Origin: Macrostomum lignano
Lineage: Eukaryota
Reading direction: 5' to 3'
DNA length: 64,000 bases
Assembly: GCA_002269645.1 (NCBI GenBank)
Contig: NIVC01000647.1
Location: forward strand, 1 to 64,000
Below the pieces are notes generated by a model that was not told the origin of the DNA, did no database searches, and saw only the letters and a list, made by a program, of their open reading frames with translations. Positions 50,094-63,049 of this stretch are shown here, one piece after another; within the stretch, counting starts at the first letter, position 1; the number at the start of each line of letters is the position of its first letter. Position numbers and translations under genes: made by a program.

Positions 50094-50520
50094 TGTGTCT
50101 TCAGCGTTGACCGAAGTTTCTTAGAATACGATAAATTCTTCTTAATGGCAAATGGCCTCTCCCCACTCTCTCTCTCTCTGTCTCTTATCTACGAACACGC
50201 CCGCCCGCCTGCCTCCCTCTCTTCTAAGGCTTTTTTAGCGCGGGGACGGAATTGAATGTACATTTAGTCTAGGGGGTGAGTGTTTAATGATAGACGGACG
50301 AGGGATGAGCGCGCGTGCGCGCTCATAAACTGCTCTCCTCTTCAATCGGATGTACACTAACAGTAGTAGCTAATGTACATTGATTTGCATGGACTTTGTA
50401 GCTACGAGCGTATCTTCATCTCTCTTTTGTCGGCCAAAAACTTCAATCTCACGTATTGTATCTGTTTTAAAGCGTCTAAAGCTTTATGTAATAATTAGCG
50501 TTATGATGATTTCATATACA

Positions 50521-51930
50521 TGAGTGCTACTCTGCTGCTTTGGCTTCTGGCAGCCTAGACAGAAGCTCCTGCCTCGGCCCCAGCCTTCTCCGCATCCCGC
50601 CCGCCCTGCTCACCGCCACGGGGAGGGTCGGCCTCGTAGGAGCGGATGCGCAGCTTCCAAAGGCCTCATCCAGGCGTCCGACAGCCCCAGCGGGAAGCTC
50701 TCGGTTGACTGCTAGCAGTCCTTTCCTGAGCTCGTCAGCAGACGTAACGAAGCTCCTGGCCGGAACCCAGATTCGATGCCTCTTGGTCCGGGGGCGCTCG
50801 TCCTCTCTGCAGAAGGCTAAGTTGATGTCCCAGCTCTGCTCGGGCAGCAGCTCAAGGAGCCGCCGTCCCGAGTCAGCATCACTGGGCCAAATGAGAAGGC
50901 ACGAGTCCCTCGTCGCATTCGAATGAATGTTCAGAGGCGTGCCCTTCAGAGTTAGCTTCCACAGGAGGCCATCAACAGCACCTCTCACCTGCTTCAGCTG
51001 GTCGGGAGACAGGCGCGCGTCCTTCCCCAGAATGACAACCGCCGGTTGCCTCTTTGCCGCATCAGCGTAGGAGGCCCGGGGGTCGGTGGAGCATTCTTCA
51101 GGTGGGCTGTCCACCCTCCCGGCTGCATCGGCCTCCCTATCCTGGGCAGGGACTTCAGTGGGCTCAAGGCCCTCTTCCGCCACCGCCCCAGATTGGGAAG
51201 CTTCCGCTGCCGCGGGCCGTTGGCCCCTGGCGCCGGTTAGGCTTCCGCCCTCCTTGGCCCGCCTCGACTTGCTAAATCGACGGCGGGCAGTTCCAGAGGT
51301 GGTGCTCAGCTGCTTGGCAGCTGGAGTAGCAGGTGTCTTCTCGGAGGCACCGCTCAGAGCTTGCTCCACGGGTCACGCCGGGGCGTCCCCGATGGTAGCA
51401 GATGGTATGGTCACGGAGTCCACGTCCCCAGCCGAGGCCGGAGGCACTGTTTCATCCACAGCCGGTAGGTTACTTCGGCTAGAAGCCATTGGTTGGAAGT
51501 AAAAAAGGTGGGACTTCCAAGCGGTAGGTCCCCAAAAAGTAAAATACCACCCTGTGAGGGGGGACCCAAAAGCCCAGGGGGACCGTTAGCGACCAGAATA
51601 CTCCCTGGCCAAACGTCCATCCGGACGGAGTTACACTGGGACCTTAGAGGGTGGGTTTATATGGTCACACCAGGACCCGGCGCCAACGAATCAGGTCGGC
51701 AAGGCCCAAGAGCCTGCCTTAACACCCACGGAACGAGTACCCTTCGAAGTACGCCTTGCAAGAGAAACAGGAGACAGAGTCTCTTGAGCTATCAGCCCGC
51801 CAGGGGAGGCAGGTGTGAGCATCGCTGGCTGGGATAAGGGCCATACCAGTCTCATACTGCACAGATAATTCACCACGCCATTGCGTGCAGGATCCGAGGT
51901 CCTGGGGGCAACAGCCCCGGCCTCCTTGTC
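50521..51930 (-). mobile_element. LINE 5' fragment (LOA/R1-type): 5' UTR plus truncated gag-like ORF1
   Basis: ORF 51369-50527 has a low-complexity N-terminus, then SYADAAKR...VVILG...LLIWP...RIWVP, similar in layout to ORF 63057-63611. No ORF2. Confidence 0.55.
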
Positions 51931-52249
51931 TTCTGTCTCCTTATCTCCCTCTCTCCCTCTCTCCCTCTCTCCCTCCCTCTCCCTCGGCCCACGGCTGTAG
52001 CCAATTGGTTTATGGGATTTTAGAGGGGTGATGGAGGGTAAAATGGGTGCAGCAGACCCACCCAAATAATTCAATCATGCTGCATCGGCGTCGCTATCGC
52101 TGGCCAGTTCACGCCTGAGTTGTTGGCCACCCGAGCGACATTTTATTAGGCGAGAGAGAAAAATGAGCAAATAAGAGAGGAAGACAAGACGAAGGCAGAG
52201 AGAGCGAGAGAGAAATAGAGAGATAGAGATAGAGACAGAAATAGAGATA

Positions 52250-52611
<362 letters not shown>

Positions 52612-53907
52612 CTATCATATAAGTTGTTGTTCCTCGGTAAAAGGGCGAGACTGGGAAAGAGGCAAGAAATGCACTTTCTGTGGCTTAACAAAGTATAACT
52701 AAATTTATCGCTCCATCAATCTTCCGTATGAATAAACTGAGCTGTTGATCACGAGTAAATGCTCCTGCTCTGAGTTGGAGAAAGTGTTCAGAGTTGAGAA
52801 ACAGCTTGCACCCCTGCCAAAGGTCCAAGGACTAACAAAACTATATAAAATACAAATTAAAAGTCCTTTAACGATCAATTTAAAAGGTCAAGTGCAATAA
52901 TTGATTTTGCGATGAAAGAAATTATTTTTTTCCTATCTCCGCAGTGTCTCTTTTTCAAAGAAATTGGCCTCCTAGAAATTACACGATCTTTGAGTTTTAC
53001 GTACTGATATAATAGGTACAGTGGTCCTTGCCAATGTCATGCACAAAACTCAAAAGCGTTGCTGGGCGATGCTTTTTGATATGCTGTTTGATTCTGCACA
53101 GGCTATAGAAGTAAGCACCACCTGGTAAATAATCTACATGTACACAAATTTTTTTTGTCAAATGAAAGACAAGATTTTCCACTTTCCAATGACTTTAAGC
53201 TTGTTGAATTTTAGGCATGCATTAAAAACGCTGCAAGAAAAAAGTATCGCTACTTTTTGAGACAAATTTCATAATCATTAGGCACTGTGTGCACAGTCTG
53301 TGTCTCGCTGGTTGGGCCATCAATGGGCAAGAGTTACAACTTCAAGCCAGGCCAGTTTTTGTGCTCGAACCGCGAGAGTCGTAGGAGCTGCTCTGCCCGG
53401 ACAAAGACATGTACAGTTAGCCAGGCTTTTCTTAATACTTGATCTTAGCCTCCCAGAATTGTCAAAGCAAGGACCACTAGAAGCCAGTTACAAGTGTTAC
53501 GTCCAGTCCAGATACAACGGTGACTTCTAATGGTCCTCGTGTCAAAGCAAATCAGTTTCCTACTGTGTACTTTAAGTAGTGCAGACAAGGCATCAACATT
53601 TCGAGTGGACACAAACTTTTTATGGACAGCTCTCAGACTCTTGTGCAGCTACGCAATTATCGCTTGAAGATATGAATGGCGCAAAAAACTAACAAAAAAG
53701 AATCTAGAGTTGACTGAGCGGGTTTTGACTGTGTTTTGCCTTTCCAAGTTGCTATTGTCCGATTATGAGCTCAGGGTTGTTTCTGTGTCATATATAATAA
53801 ACTATGCCCGACGCGGCGAGCTCTTGGCGAGCTCTAGAGAGATCTCCGGAGAGCAAACGGAAAGAGCGTCTCATTCAAGACAGAACAAAACAGTTCGAGT
53901 TGCAGAA

Positions 53908-55206
53908 ATGTTATTTAGCAAATATTTTTTCTGTCTAAATATGCATCTATTGCTTCTGTCCAGGTGCGCAAGCCATCAGCTGGACATGCTAGAGTTGGAT
54001 CGGTACCTCTCCAGAAAGCTGGAAATTTTGACCAACTTCACCCACAGACAGCCAACGGAAATTTCCGGCAGTCTTCGCGGTGGACCAGCTCGAATTGTGT
54101 ACTTCGGCAACTTCAACCAGGAAGAAAGCTCAAATTTTCAAAGCAGCCTGTCTTTGCTGGCTCTGCTGCCGAAGTACTCGCGGCCAGGAGATGTGGAAAG
54201 CGTCGGCTTTGTCGACACGTCCTCACCAGCTGGCGACAGGCTTCGAACTCGGCTTGGCATTGGAATGCTGCATTCCATTGTCGGCTGGACAAAGCAGCGA
54301 AGGGCGGCTTTTCTCGGCTACAGAAACGTGCAGCTGCTGCTTGACTTTGTGGACCGGCTGCTGCTGTCGGAACCGCTCTGGCTGACCGGCAAGAAGGACA
54401 AAAGCAAAGAGGCGGCCGTGCTGCTGCTGCCAGAGGGCACCGACAGACTTCATCCAGACTTGGCTGCCCAGCTGGCGGAAATTGCGGTCGAAATGCCGGC
54501 TTACATCGGCTCGGGCAGGCGGCTGGCGACTGCCTACGGCACCGTGCCAGGCTCCCTAGTCTATCGAAGCCCGGTCACGGGGTCTCTCGCTGCAGCTCGA
54601 CTCCGAGACCACAGCAACAGAAGTCTGCATGCAGTGCTGCGCTACCTCCGCTCAGGCCAGTCCGTGATACCGCTGAGTGCCGGGAATCTCTATCTGCCAG
54701 CCTCCGAGGCGGAGCACTGGAATGCTGATAAGGCTGGCCGAGCGATTCACGGCAAGCCACTCCTGATTCTGCTTGCCGACCCTGAGAGTCAAGCAGCAGC
54801 TTCCGCTGCGCTGGCACTGATGAAGCGTCTCGTCCAGCAGCGAAAGCAGCGACAACACGAAAATCCTCCTTGGCTGGCGGCTTCCCTGAACCCGTGGCGC
54901 AGGCTCGCTGGCGAACCGCAGATCGACTGGTCGGGTGTCCTTGGCGGACCAGAGCTCGGTAGGGGTCCATGCTTCCTCATGACGAATAATCAGCGGTTTG
55001 GTGGAAGCGAGCCGGTCGGCAGAGAAGATGTGTTCCACCTGGACGAATTCCGGCTTGTCGCTAGTGTCGGGGGCGGCAGCGACGGTGGCCACGCGGCTGC
55101 CATGGCGGGGCTTCAGCAGTGGCTGCGCGACCGACTCGAACATTTTGAATTGAGTTTGAGAACTGAGCAAGGGAGCAAAGGGCCGCGAGCGGAAGACGAG
55201 CTGTGA
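53908..55206 (+). CDS. Putative ER-lumenal protein ending in EDEL; N-terminus uncertain; possibly non-catalytic thioredoxin-fold/PDI-like
   Basis: Long GC-rich stop-free ORF ending ...RAEDEL*, with a hydrophobic N-terminal stretch. No CXXC seen. A possible acceptor TGTCCAG at about 53963 could mean an upstream exon. Confidence 0.65.
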   Translation: MLFSKYFFCLNMHLLLLSRCASHQLDMLELDRYLSRKLEILTNFTHRQPTEISGSLRGGPARIVYFGNFNQEESSNFQSSLSLLALLPKYSRPGDVESVGFVDTSSPAGDRLRTRLGIGMLHSIVGWTKQRRAAFLGYRNVQLLLDFVDRLLLSEPLWLTGKKDKSKEAAVLLLPEGTDRLHPDLAAQLAEIAVEMPAYIGSGRRLATAYGTVPGSLVYRSPVTGSLAAARLRDHSNRSLHAVLRYLRSGQSVIPLSAGNLYLPASEAEHWNADKAGRAIHGKPLLILLADPESQAAASAALALMKRLVQQRKQRQHENPPWLAASLNPWRRLAGEPQIDWSGVLGGPELGRGPCFLMTNNQRFGGSEPVGREDVFHLDEFRLVASVGGGSDGGHAAAMAGLQQWLRDRLEHFELSLRTEQGSKGPRAEDEL

Positions 55207-56524
55207 TGAAGCAGCTGCCAAATTGATGGAAACTTCCGCTGTCGCTGCTGATATTACACCTTATTTTAGAGCTACATGTACTACTAATGCAAGAATTTAG
55301 CTTGAATCAAATTTTGCTAGCTGGACTTTTTCCTGTTTTTAGACTAAACTAAATATAGTTCATTTTTGCGGCTTGACTTTAAATTGGTGCGAGAAAGACG
55401 GTCAAACAGACAGACTGACAAAAGTAAAGCGATGAAAAAAATTGAAACGATGTAAAGGGTTCAGAAAAAACTGTTCTATTTTTTTCATCCAACTTTTCAT
55501 ATCCAAGTTAATTATCTATAACACCCTTTTATTAGTTCCTTCTTTCAAACTGATCTGGCAACCGTAGCTATTGACGCTTCAGTGGTCTCTGGAGCTCGTT
55601 GAGTCGGTTGGACAGTCGGAGTCTTTGGCGCTTCAGTGGTCTCTGGAGCTCGTTGAGTCGGTTGGACAGTCGGAGTCTTTGGCGCTTCAATGATGATTTC
55701 TGGAGCTTGGCCCGCGCCTTGGCTCTTCAGTGACGTAATGTAACGCAATGGGCGACTCGCACCTCTCTGAGTCTTTGGACAACTCTGTAGCTAAGGATGG
55801 GGTCAGCAAACTCCGGCCTGCGGGCCACATGCTGCTCGCTAAGCCTCTCTATCTGGCTCTCGGGTTCTTGGAAACTTCACAAAAGCAATCCCGTCAACTC
55901 AAGGCTTGTCAATTTCAGCTCTCTTCTTTCCTCTTCTCTCCCCTCTCTCCCCTCCCATCTCCTCTCTCTTCTTCTCTTCTTTCCCCTCTTCTCTTTTCCC
56001 TCTTCTCTTCTCTCTCCTCTTCCCCCTTTTCTCTCTTATCTTCTAAATTTTCTCTTATCCCATCTATCGTCTCTCATCTACTATTCCCTCTCATTTCCGC
56101 TCTTATAAGACCCGCAGCCTAGCCATGAGCTTCATGTAGATCCTTTTTTAGGTCCTTGAGGTTAAATAAGTTTGCCGGCCCTGCAGCTAAGTCAGGTAAG
56201 TCAAAATCAAAGCGCTGTCGAAGGACATTTTCAACTCGTCAAGGAGCAGCAGAGCGCTTTGCCTTTGCCTTGCGAGCTTCCCAGTGATACTCGTAGATTT
56301 TTGGTGCAATTTTTATAACATGTGCAATACATAAAATAGATACGCACTGGCAAACTGGGTTGTCGTGGGAGCTCCTGAACCCGCAACAACAAGCGAAGCA
56401 ACAAGTAGCAAAACTTGAAGTCGCATCATTCAGTAAGACAGAGCGCTCTCTTGTTAACAACTCTTGTTACTCTTGTTAACTCTTGTTAACAGACCCAAAC
56501 AAGTGCTTCATCAGAGCGGCTGGT

Positions 56525-57470
56525 TTTGACAGGTGTTTCTACATGTATTTGACTTTCGACAGGTGTTTCAGCATGTATTTGAGTTTCGACAGGTGTTTCT
56601 ACATGTATTTGACTTTCGACAGGTGTTTCAGCATGTATTTGAGTTTCGACAGGTGTTTCTACATGTATTTGACTTTCGACAAGTGTTTCAGCATGTATTT
56701 GAGTTTCGACAGGTGTTTCAGCATGTATTTGAGTTTCGACAGGTGTTTCTACATGTATTTCTGTTTCGACAGGTGTTTCTACATATAGTTGAATTTCGAC
56801 AGGTGTTTCAGCATGTATTTGAGTTTCGACAGGTGTTTCTACATGTATTTGAGTTTTGACAGGTGTTTCTACATATATTTGAATTTCGACAGGTGTTTCA
56901 ACATGTATTTGAGTTTTGACAGGTGTTTCTACATATAATTTAATTTCGACAGGTGTTTCAGCATGTATTTGAGTTTCGACAGGTGTTTCTACATGTATTT
57001 GAGTTTTGACAGGTGTTTCTACATATATTTGAATTTCGACAGGTGTTTCTACATGTATTTCTGTTTCGACAGGTGTTTCTACATGTATTTGACTTTCGAC
57101 AGGTGTTTCAGTATGTATTTGAGTTTCGACAGGTGTTTCTACATGTATTTGAGTTTTGACAGGTGTTTCTACATATATTTGAATTTCGACAGGTGTTTCA
57201 GCATGTATTTGAGTTTCGACAGGTGTTTCTACATGTATTTGAGTTTCGACAGGTGTTTCTACATATATTTGAATTTCGACAGGTGTTTCTACATGTATTT
57301 GAGTTTCGACAGGTGTTTCTACATGTATTTCTGTTTCGACAGGTGTTTCTACATGTATTTGACTTTCGACAGGTGTTTCAGCATGTATTTGACTTTCGAC
57401 AGGTGTTTCAGCATGTATTTGAGTTTCGACAGGTGTTTCTACAATTTGAATTTCGACAGGTTTTTCTACA
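56525..57470. repeat. 30-bp minisatellite (GACAGGTGTTTCTACATGTATTTGAGTTTC), about 31 units
   Basis: Direct read; only about 2-3 units at the paralogous site near 48110-48185. Confidence 0.92.
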
Positions 57471-57936
57471 TGTATTTGTATAAATTTATTTGCTTTTTTC
57501 TTGAAGAACCTTTAATTATTCAAAAACGCATTTTGTGCCTAAAGAACATTTCAATGTATTAAAAATATTGTATTTAAGAATAGGAAACTTAATTGAACAT
57601 GAATGCCGAATTACCGACATTGCATTCACACAAGTGTGAACATGGGCAACTAAAAAAGTGCGTGGAGAATGGCGCTCGCTCACACTTGCAAATCGTGCAA
57701 ACTTCGTTGGAGCAGTTATGCTGTTTTGATATTTCTGTGTTGCTTATCCATATACTCGTGCTAAAGATTTGAGTACCTAAGGTTGACAACTGCCCGCCCT
57801 ATCTCAGCTTCTATAAGCTTGCAACGGCAGATTTTAGATAATGAAGTTTTACGACAGTTTTTTTCCATGGACATGTATAGTCCAAACAGTGATAAAACAT
57901 GATTTCTTTGTTTAAAGTTTGCACGATTTGCGACTG

Positions 57937-58180
57937 TAGCTTCCGCTTTCAATTAAGAGTTTCAGGTGTAGCTTCCGGCTTCAACCAAGAGTTTCAGGTG
58001 TAGCTTCCGGCTTCAACTAAGAGTTTCAGGTGTAGCTTCCGGCTTCAACTAAGAGTTTCAGGTGTAGCTTCCGGCTTCAACTAAGAGTTTCAGGTGTAGC
58101 TTCCGGCTTCAACTAAGAGTTTCAGGTGTAGCTTCCGGCTTCAACTAAGAGTTTCAGGTGTAGCTTCCGGCTTCAACTAC
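57937..58180. repeat. 32-bp tandem repeat (GTAGCTTCCGGCTTCAACTAAGAGTTTCAGGT), about 7.5 units
   Basis: Near-identical contiguous units with no spacers; a single related unit at about 48525-48550. Confidence 0.92.
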
Positions 58181-58613
58181 AGTAGTCCCGCCCTAGCACA
58201 GGAATCAGCAAACTTTTTTACTTAAACAGCCACATGGACTACCTAACGCATGACTGAGGGCCAGAGAGGAGAGAGGAGAGGGAATAGAGTAGAGAGAAGA
58301 CAAATGGGAGATAAGAGAGGTGAGGGAATAAAGGAGAAGAGAGCTGGAGACAAGAGGAGAGGAGAAATGAAATAGAACTGGAGAGAGGAGTAGAGAGGAG
58401 AGAAAAGAAGGGAAAGGAGAGAAGAGAAAAGAGAAGACAGGAGATTAGACAGAAGCGAGCTGGAAGAGACAGAAACCTTGAGTGGACCGGATCATTGCTG
58501 TTGTGAAGTTTCAACGGACCCGATGGCCGGATAGAGAGACTTTAGGGACCGGAGATTGCTGACCCCTGCTCTAGTGCGAACCCCCCTCCCCCACCCCCAC
58601 CATCCAAAATGGC

Positions 58614-60042
58614 TCACAAGTCATCCTGCTCAGCATGAATGTTGTCGTAAATGACTCCGTCAACGCCCCACTCTCGTTGGAGTCGGCGAAATTCCGCCGA
58701 ATTATTTTTTGGGCCCCATGTTAAACAGTGCAGCCTGCGGCGCTTGCAATCGTGAATGAACTCTCGACCGAATTGCGTGGGGTTTCTGCCGCCTTCCTTG
58801 GGCGGCTGCAGCTCTTCGGAGTGGATGGCTACGCCTTGTAGGTAGGCTGAGCTCGCGAACTCGAGTCCTGAGCGTCCGTTTAGACCGTGCACTTCGGTGT
58901 ACTTGTGACCCTCCTTGTGGTTCACCAGGAACACAGTGGAACACTCCGGGTACAGGCGACGCAAGGCCAAGCAGACGTCAGAAGAGAAAGAGGAATAGAA
59001 GATTAGCCGATTCTTCACACTGCGGATGCTGTGACGCTTGGCTGAGTTCACAATTTTGGACACGTAGTCCTCTAGATCCCAGTGAAATTCCGGACAGACA
59101 CTGGCGCCTGTCTGTGTGATACAATTGGGATAGTATGACCAGGTGGATTCGTGGTGGTCGCATGTATGAGCCATTAGAATTATGTTCTGTGTTGCACTTC
59201 GGTGTACTCGTAGTACAAGGGCACTCCGTTCTATGCTTGTACTCTTACTTGATGTTATTTGTCTATTTACTTTAATGGTTTTTGAGTCTCGGTTCTGGCT
59301 GGTTGGGCGGGCCCCGGGCTGAGGCTTTGCGCCTCCCCCCGTCGGGTGCCGCCAGCTGATTGGTTGAGCAATGCGAGCACCTCGCGTCCTGGCGCAGGCG
59401 AGCAAGGATCCGGATACTAGTATAGTACCCTGTACGCCCTTAATGACCACCGAGGCTAGGGGTCAGGGATGCAACAAATAGAACTCTTTTAAAGAAACTA
59501 ACACAAAACCTTTTGGGGTCACGAACTTTCGCTCGGACACCTGCAGCATCCCAAGGCCTAAGACATGGGCTCCAACCACTTCAATACAGACTCACCTTGT
59601 ACTGCCTTGGATACTTAATCTCAATGTCAAATCCCAGCTTTTCTGGCAGAAAATCGAAGAACGACTCCATAGTGGTGTACAGCTGCTCATGCAGTATATC
59701 GTCGTCTTCCTCATTGCAATCCTGCAGTTCAGCCCGCGTCAGGTTGCCAACGAATCTGCCGTCGTCTGTGTAGAAATTGTGATGAATAATTGGCACTCGG
59801 TCTTTGCTCAGCTGCACTTCGAACTGAACAAAGTGTGCGCCAGCTTTTTCAGCTTGCATCATCGATAGCAGCGTGTTTTCTCGAAATCTAAGCGGCAACG
59901 GTAGGCCGAGCTCCGAGCAGCGCCGCCTACGCAGCTCCTGCTCCTGACAGGTGCCAACACCTCGGTGGCCGATCAGCAGCATTTGAATGAAGTCGCTTGG
60001 AGGAGCCAGCGGGTCCGACTTCAGCTTTCGTAGCGACAACAT
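58614..60042 (-). CDS. GDPD paralogue, copy 2, two exons (60042-59596, probable 59186-58614)
   Basis: Homologous to copy 1, with phase-0 GT-AG junction YK|NII. The metal-binding motif reads VQFEVQ instead of VEFDVQ. Confidence 0.85.
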
Positions 60043-60173
60043 CTTGCTTTGTTTTTGAATACGATAATTTCTGCTTAATGATAGAATGTGGCTCTCCCTA
60101 CTCTCTCTCTCTCTATGAAAACACGTCCGCCTGCCTTTCTCTCTTCTTGGGTTCTGACTCTGAGCGCGCGCGC

Positions 60174-60475
60174 AATGGATGAAGGAATAGAAAGGATCGC
60201 TCTTCTGAAAGCGAGTCTATGGCCAAGACTTTCTAAAAATTGGGATATTCCCCCATGAATTTCATTGGCTGTTGGAATTTAATAATAGTCCCCACTAAGT
60301 TCTTACTGGCTGAAGCTGGTACGCGAGGGAAATTCCAAAGTCACGATTAACGTAAGACATCTACAACTGCTTTCTTCCTCTGGGCCACGACGGCTTAAGG
60401 GAAAGAAATTGGGAAATTCTATTTCCTTGCGGAATAGAATAGAATAGAAAATAGGATCCTATTCCTTCATCCATG
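60174..60475. mobile_element. About 300-bp MITE with P-like termini
   Basis: TIRs (A/C)ATGGATGAAGGAATAG, flanked on both sides by GCGCGCGC(GC), consistent with an 8-bp TSD. Absent from the paralogous upstream region of GDPD copy 1. Confidence 0.7.
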
Positions 60476-61244
60476 GCGCGCGCGCTCAGAGTCAGAACCC
60501 TCTGCTCTCCTTTTCAATCGGGTGTACGAGTCGTACACCATCAGATGAACATTGATTTGTATGGGCTCGCTCGCATTGCGTATTCAGCATCCCAGTGAAG
60601 TATGAGACAGACCAGGCCCATGGGCTAAGGTCTGCGATGCTTCACGCCTGCCCATATTTTCAGCAGGTAAAGGCTGGTGGGAGGTCTGCACCCTCTATTT
60701 GCCGCTGGCAGCCGCAGACCCTCCCATACTGTCTCGCAAGCCGACCAGGGGTACCCGTCCCCGCGTGTGTTCAAGGCAGACCCTAGGCAGGGAATCCTCT
60801 TTGGTTGCTTCGCTTCCCCAGGAAGCGACACTCACTCTGCCCCAGCCCCTCCGCTGTACAAGGTTAGTCTCGTTTTTCGAGCTGTGTGGGCAGTTTATGG
60901 CCGCCCGTTAGCGGAGCCCATCCCACGCTAAAAAAGCCCGTTAGCGGGGTCCGCCCCACGGTGGGGTGGGCTCCCTTAGCGCGGGCCAGCCCACAATGGT
61001 TAGGATATGCCATTGCGGGGCTGTGGAGAAACAGACGCCAGAACTTGACTGGCATTGGTTTTCAAGATACATGGCACTAATTCAAAAAAGAAAAAACTTT
61101 TTTTCGGCTCCGTGCGTGAGCACTAAATGCATTGACCTTGCCAGGGTACTAAAATTGGCGCCCAAAGGCTGAAATTAGCGCCGGCATATTAAAATTGGCG
61201 CCAAGAAGTAGCAAGCTGATATATGCTGCCACTTCTACACCCGT

Positions 61245-61935
61245 TAGCACATTCCAGCGCTGATTTGGGGATCCTGGCGCCGATTTGGGGATCCAGGCGC
61301 CGATTTGGGGATCCTGGCACCAAATTTGACTTCCGGCGCCAATTTGAGCTTTCCCGCGCCGATTTGAGCTTTCCCGCGCCGATTTGAGCTTTCCAGCGCC
61401 GATTTGAGCTTTCCAGCGCTGATTTCAGCATTCCGGCGCTGATTCAGCGATCCTGGGGCCGATTTGGTGATCCTGGTGCCAAATTTGACTTTCGGCGCCA
61501 ATTTGAGCTTTCCCGCGCCGATTTGAGCTTTCCAGCGCCGATTTGAGCTTTCCAGCGCTGGTTTCAGCATTCCGGCGCTGATTCGGCGATCCTGGCGCCG
61601 ATCTGGTGATCCTGGCGCCAAATTTGACTTCCGGCGCCAATTTGAGCTTTCCCGCGCCGATTTGAGCTTTCCAGCGCCGATTTGAGCTTTCCAGCGCCGA
61701 TTTGAGCTTTCCAGCGCCGATTTGAGCTTTCCAGCGCCGATTTGAGCTTTCCCGCGCCGATTTGAGCTTTCCCGCGCCGATTTGAGCTTTCCCGCGCCGA
61801 TTTGAGCTTTCCAGCGCCGATTTGAGCTTTCCAGCGCTGGTTTCAGCATTCCGGCGCTGATTCGGCGATCCTGGCGCCGATCTGGTGATCCTGGCGCCAA
61901 ATTTGACTTCCGGCGCCAATTTGAGCTTTCCAGCG
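61245..61935. repeat. 21-bp minisatellite (GCGCCGATTTGAGCTTTCCCA/C) with higher-order organisation
   Basis: Direct read; recurring larger blocks containing CAAATTTGACTTCCGGCGCC. Confidence 0.88.
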
Positions 61936-63049
61936 CTGGTCCGGGCTTTTTGGCATGACTTCAGGGATCAGCGCAGATTTATATCGCCTGAAAAAAAGGT
62001 TGAGAACCGCTGCTTTAATCCGTCCAACCCTCGCACACCGCTCCTCCCCCTTCATTCCTCAACTCAAGTCTGCCGCGTGGCGTAGTTGAGTTGCGTCACT
62101 CACAAAGATTCAGAAACTTTACCTGCACTCTCAAAAGTGACGACCATAGACTTCTGTGATGGTGACTTTTCGATGTTGCTGAGTATATGCGAAGTTACTA
62201 CCTTGTTATTATAATTGAGTTATGATTTACTTTTACTACTTAATTGTGTAATGCCTTTGTCTTCATCTTTTACTCACTTGATGCACGGTTAGTGATGAGT
62301 TATGTTGCCACACAGAATCGCCCATATCGCTTTTATCGCTTTTTATCGCCTTCCTCCAGGTCATTTAGTCATGCTACTCTCGTCCTACCCCCCTCTCTGT
62401 ATCTCTACCTATTGTCCTATCTCGCGATCCTCTCCTTTACAGTACATCACTCTTCTGATATTTCATCACCCTAACCTACAGGAGTAGGGGGGGGGGGAGA
62501 GATGGGGCGCATGAGGGCGGGAATCAGAGTTTTCGCAGACGGAAATCTTCATTATGAAGTTTACGAATGAATAGGCCTTTAACCCCCCCCCCAACTAAAA
62601 CCGCACCTGCGTGTAATCCCACAAGGTGTAGTATATATAATGTTTGAAAGAATATTTGATGTTTGATGTTTGAATGTCTAAATGTTTGAAAGACTGCCAG
62701 AAATCATAGAACCGTGAGAAGCTCGTTTTTTTAAATCTCAATCCCCGATTCTTAATTCCCTTTCCCAGATAGGGCATATGGCAACTTTTGCGAGAAACTT
62801 GAAAGACTGGGTCAGCTATCATTATTTCATTAAATTAATTCATGAATTAATTCATAAGACAGAGAGGAGAGCTTATGGCACCTTTTTCTAAATGTTTGAA
62901 AGACTGCCAGCTATCATAGAACCGTGAGAAGCTCGTTTTTTAAATCTCAATCCCCGATTCTTAATTCCCTATCCCTGATTCCTAATGTTGGAATCCGAAT
63001 CCCCAATTCTTAATTCCCTATCCTTGATGCCTAATTCCTAAATCACGGC

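Larger units (their letters stand above)
44076..50460. repeat. Tandem segmental duplication, copy 1
   Basis: Collinear with about 52621-60570: shared unique sequence (e.g. 44180-45030 vs 52750-53604), same MITEs, same GDPD gene. Confidence 0.85.
52621..60570. repeat. Tandem segmental duplication, copy 2
   Basis: Collinear with copy 1; longer because it retains a 1.6-kb gene and has minisatellite expansions and insertions. Confidence 0.85.

Noticed and set aside
57937-58180. 32-bp repeats resembling a CRISPR array
   Set aside because: Units are contiguous with no unique spacers, there are no cas genes, and the context is eukaryotic.
61998-62014. hAT-like terminal sequence (reverse complement CAGCGGTTCTCAACC)
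   Set aside because: No matching partner TIR or TSD found, so the element could not be delimited.
62680-62970. About 80-bp direct repeat (62680-62760 / 62890-62970) as LTRs
   Set aside because: Too short and close together, with no TG..CA ends, PBS or internal coding sequence; likely a local duplication.
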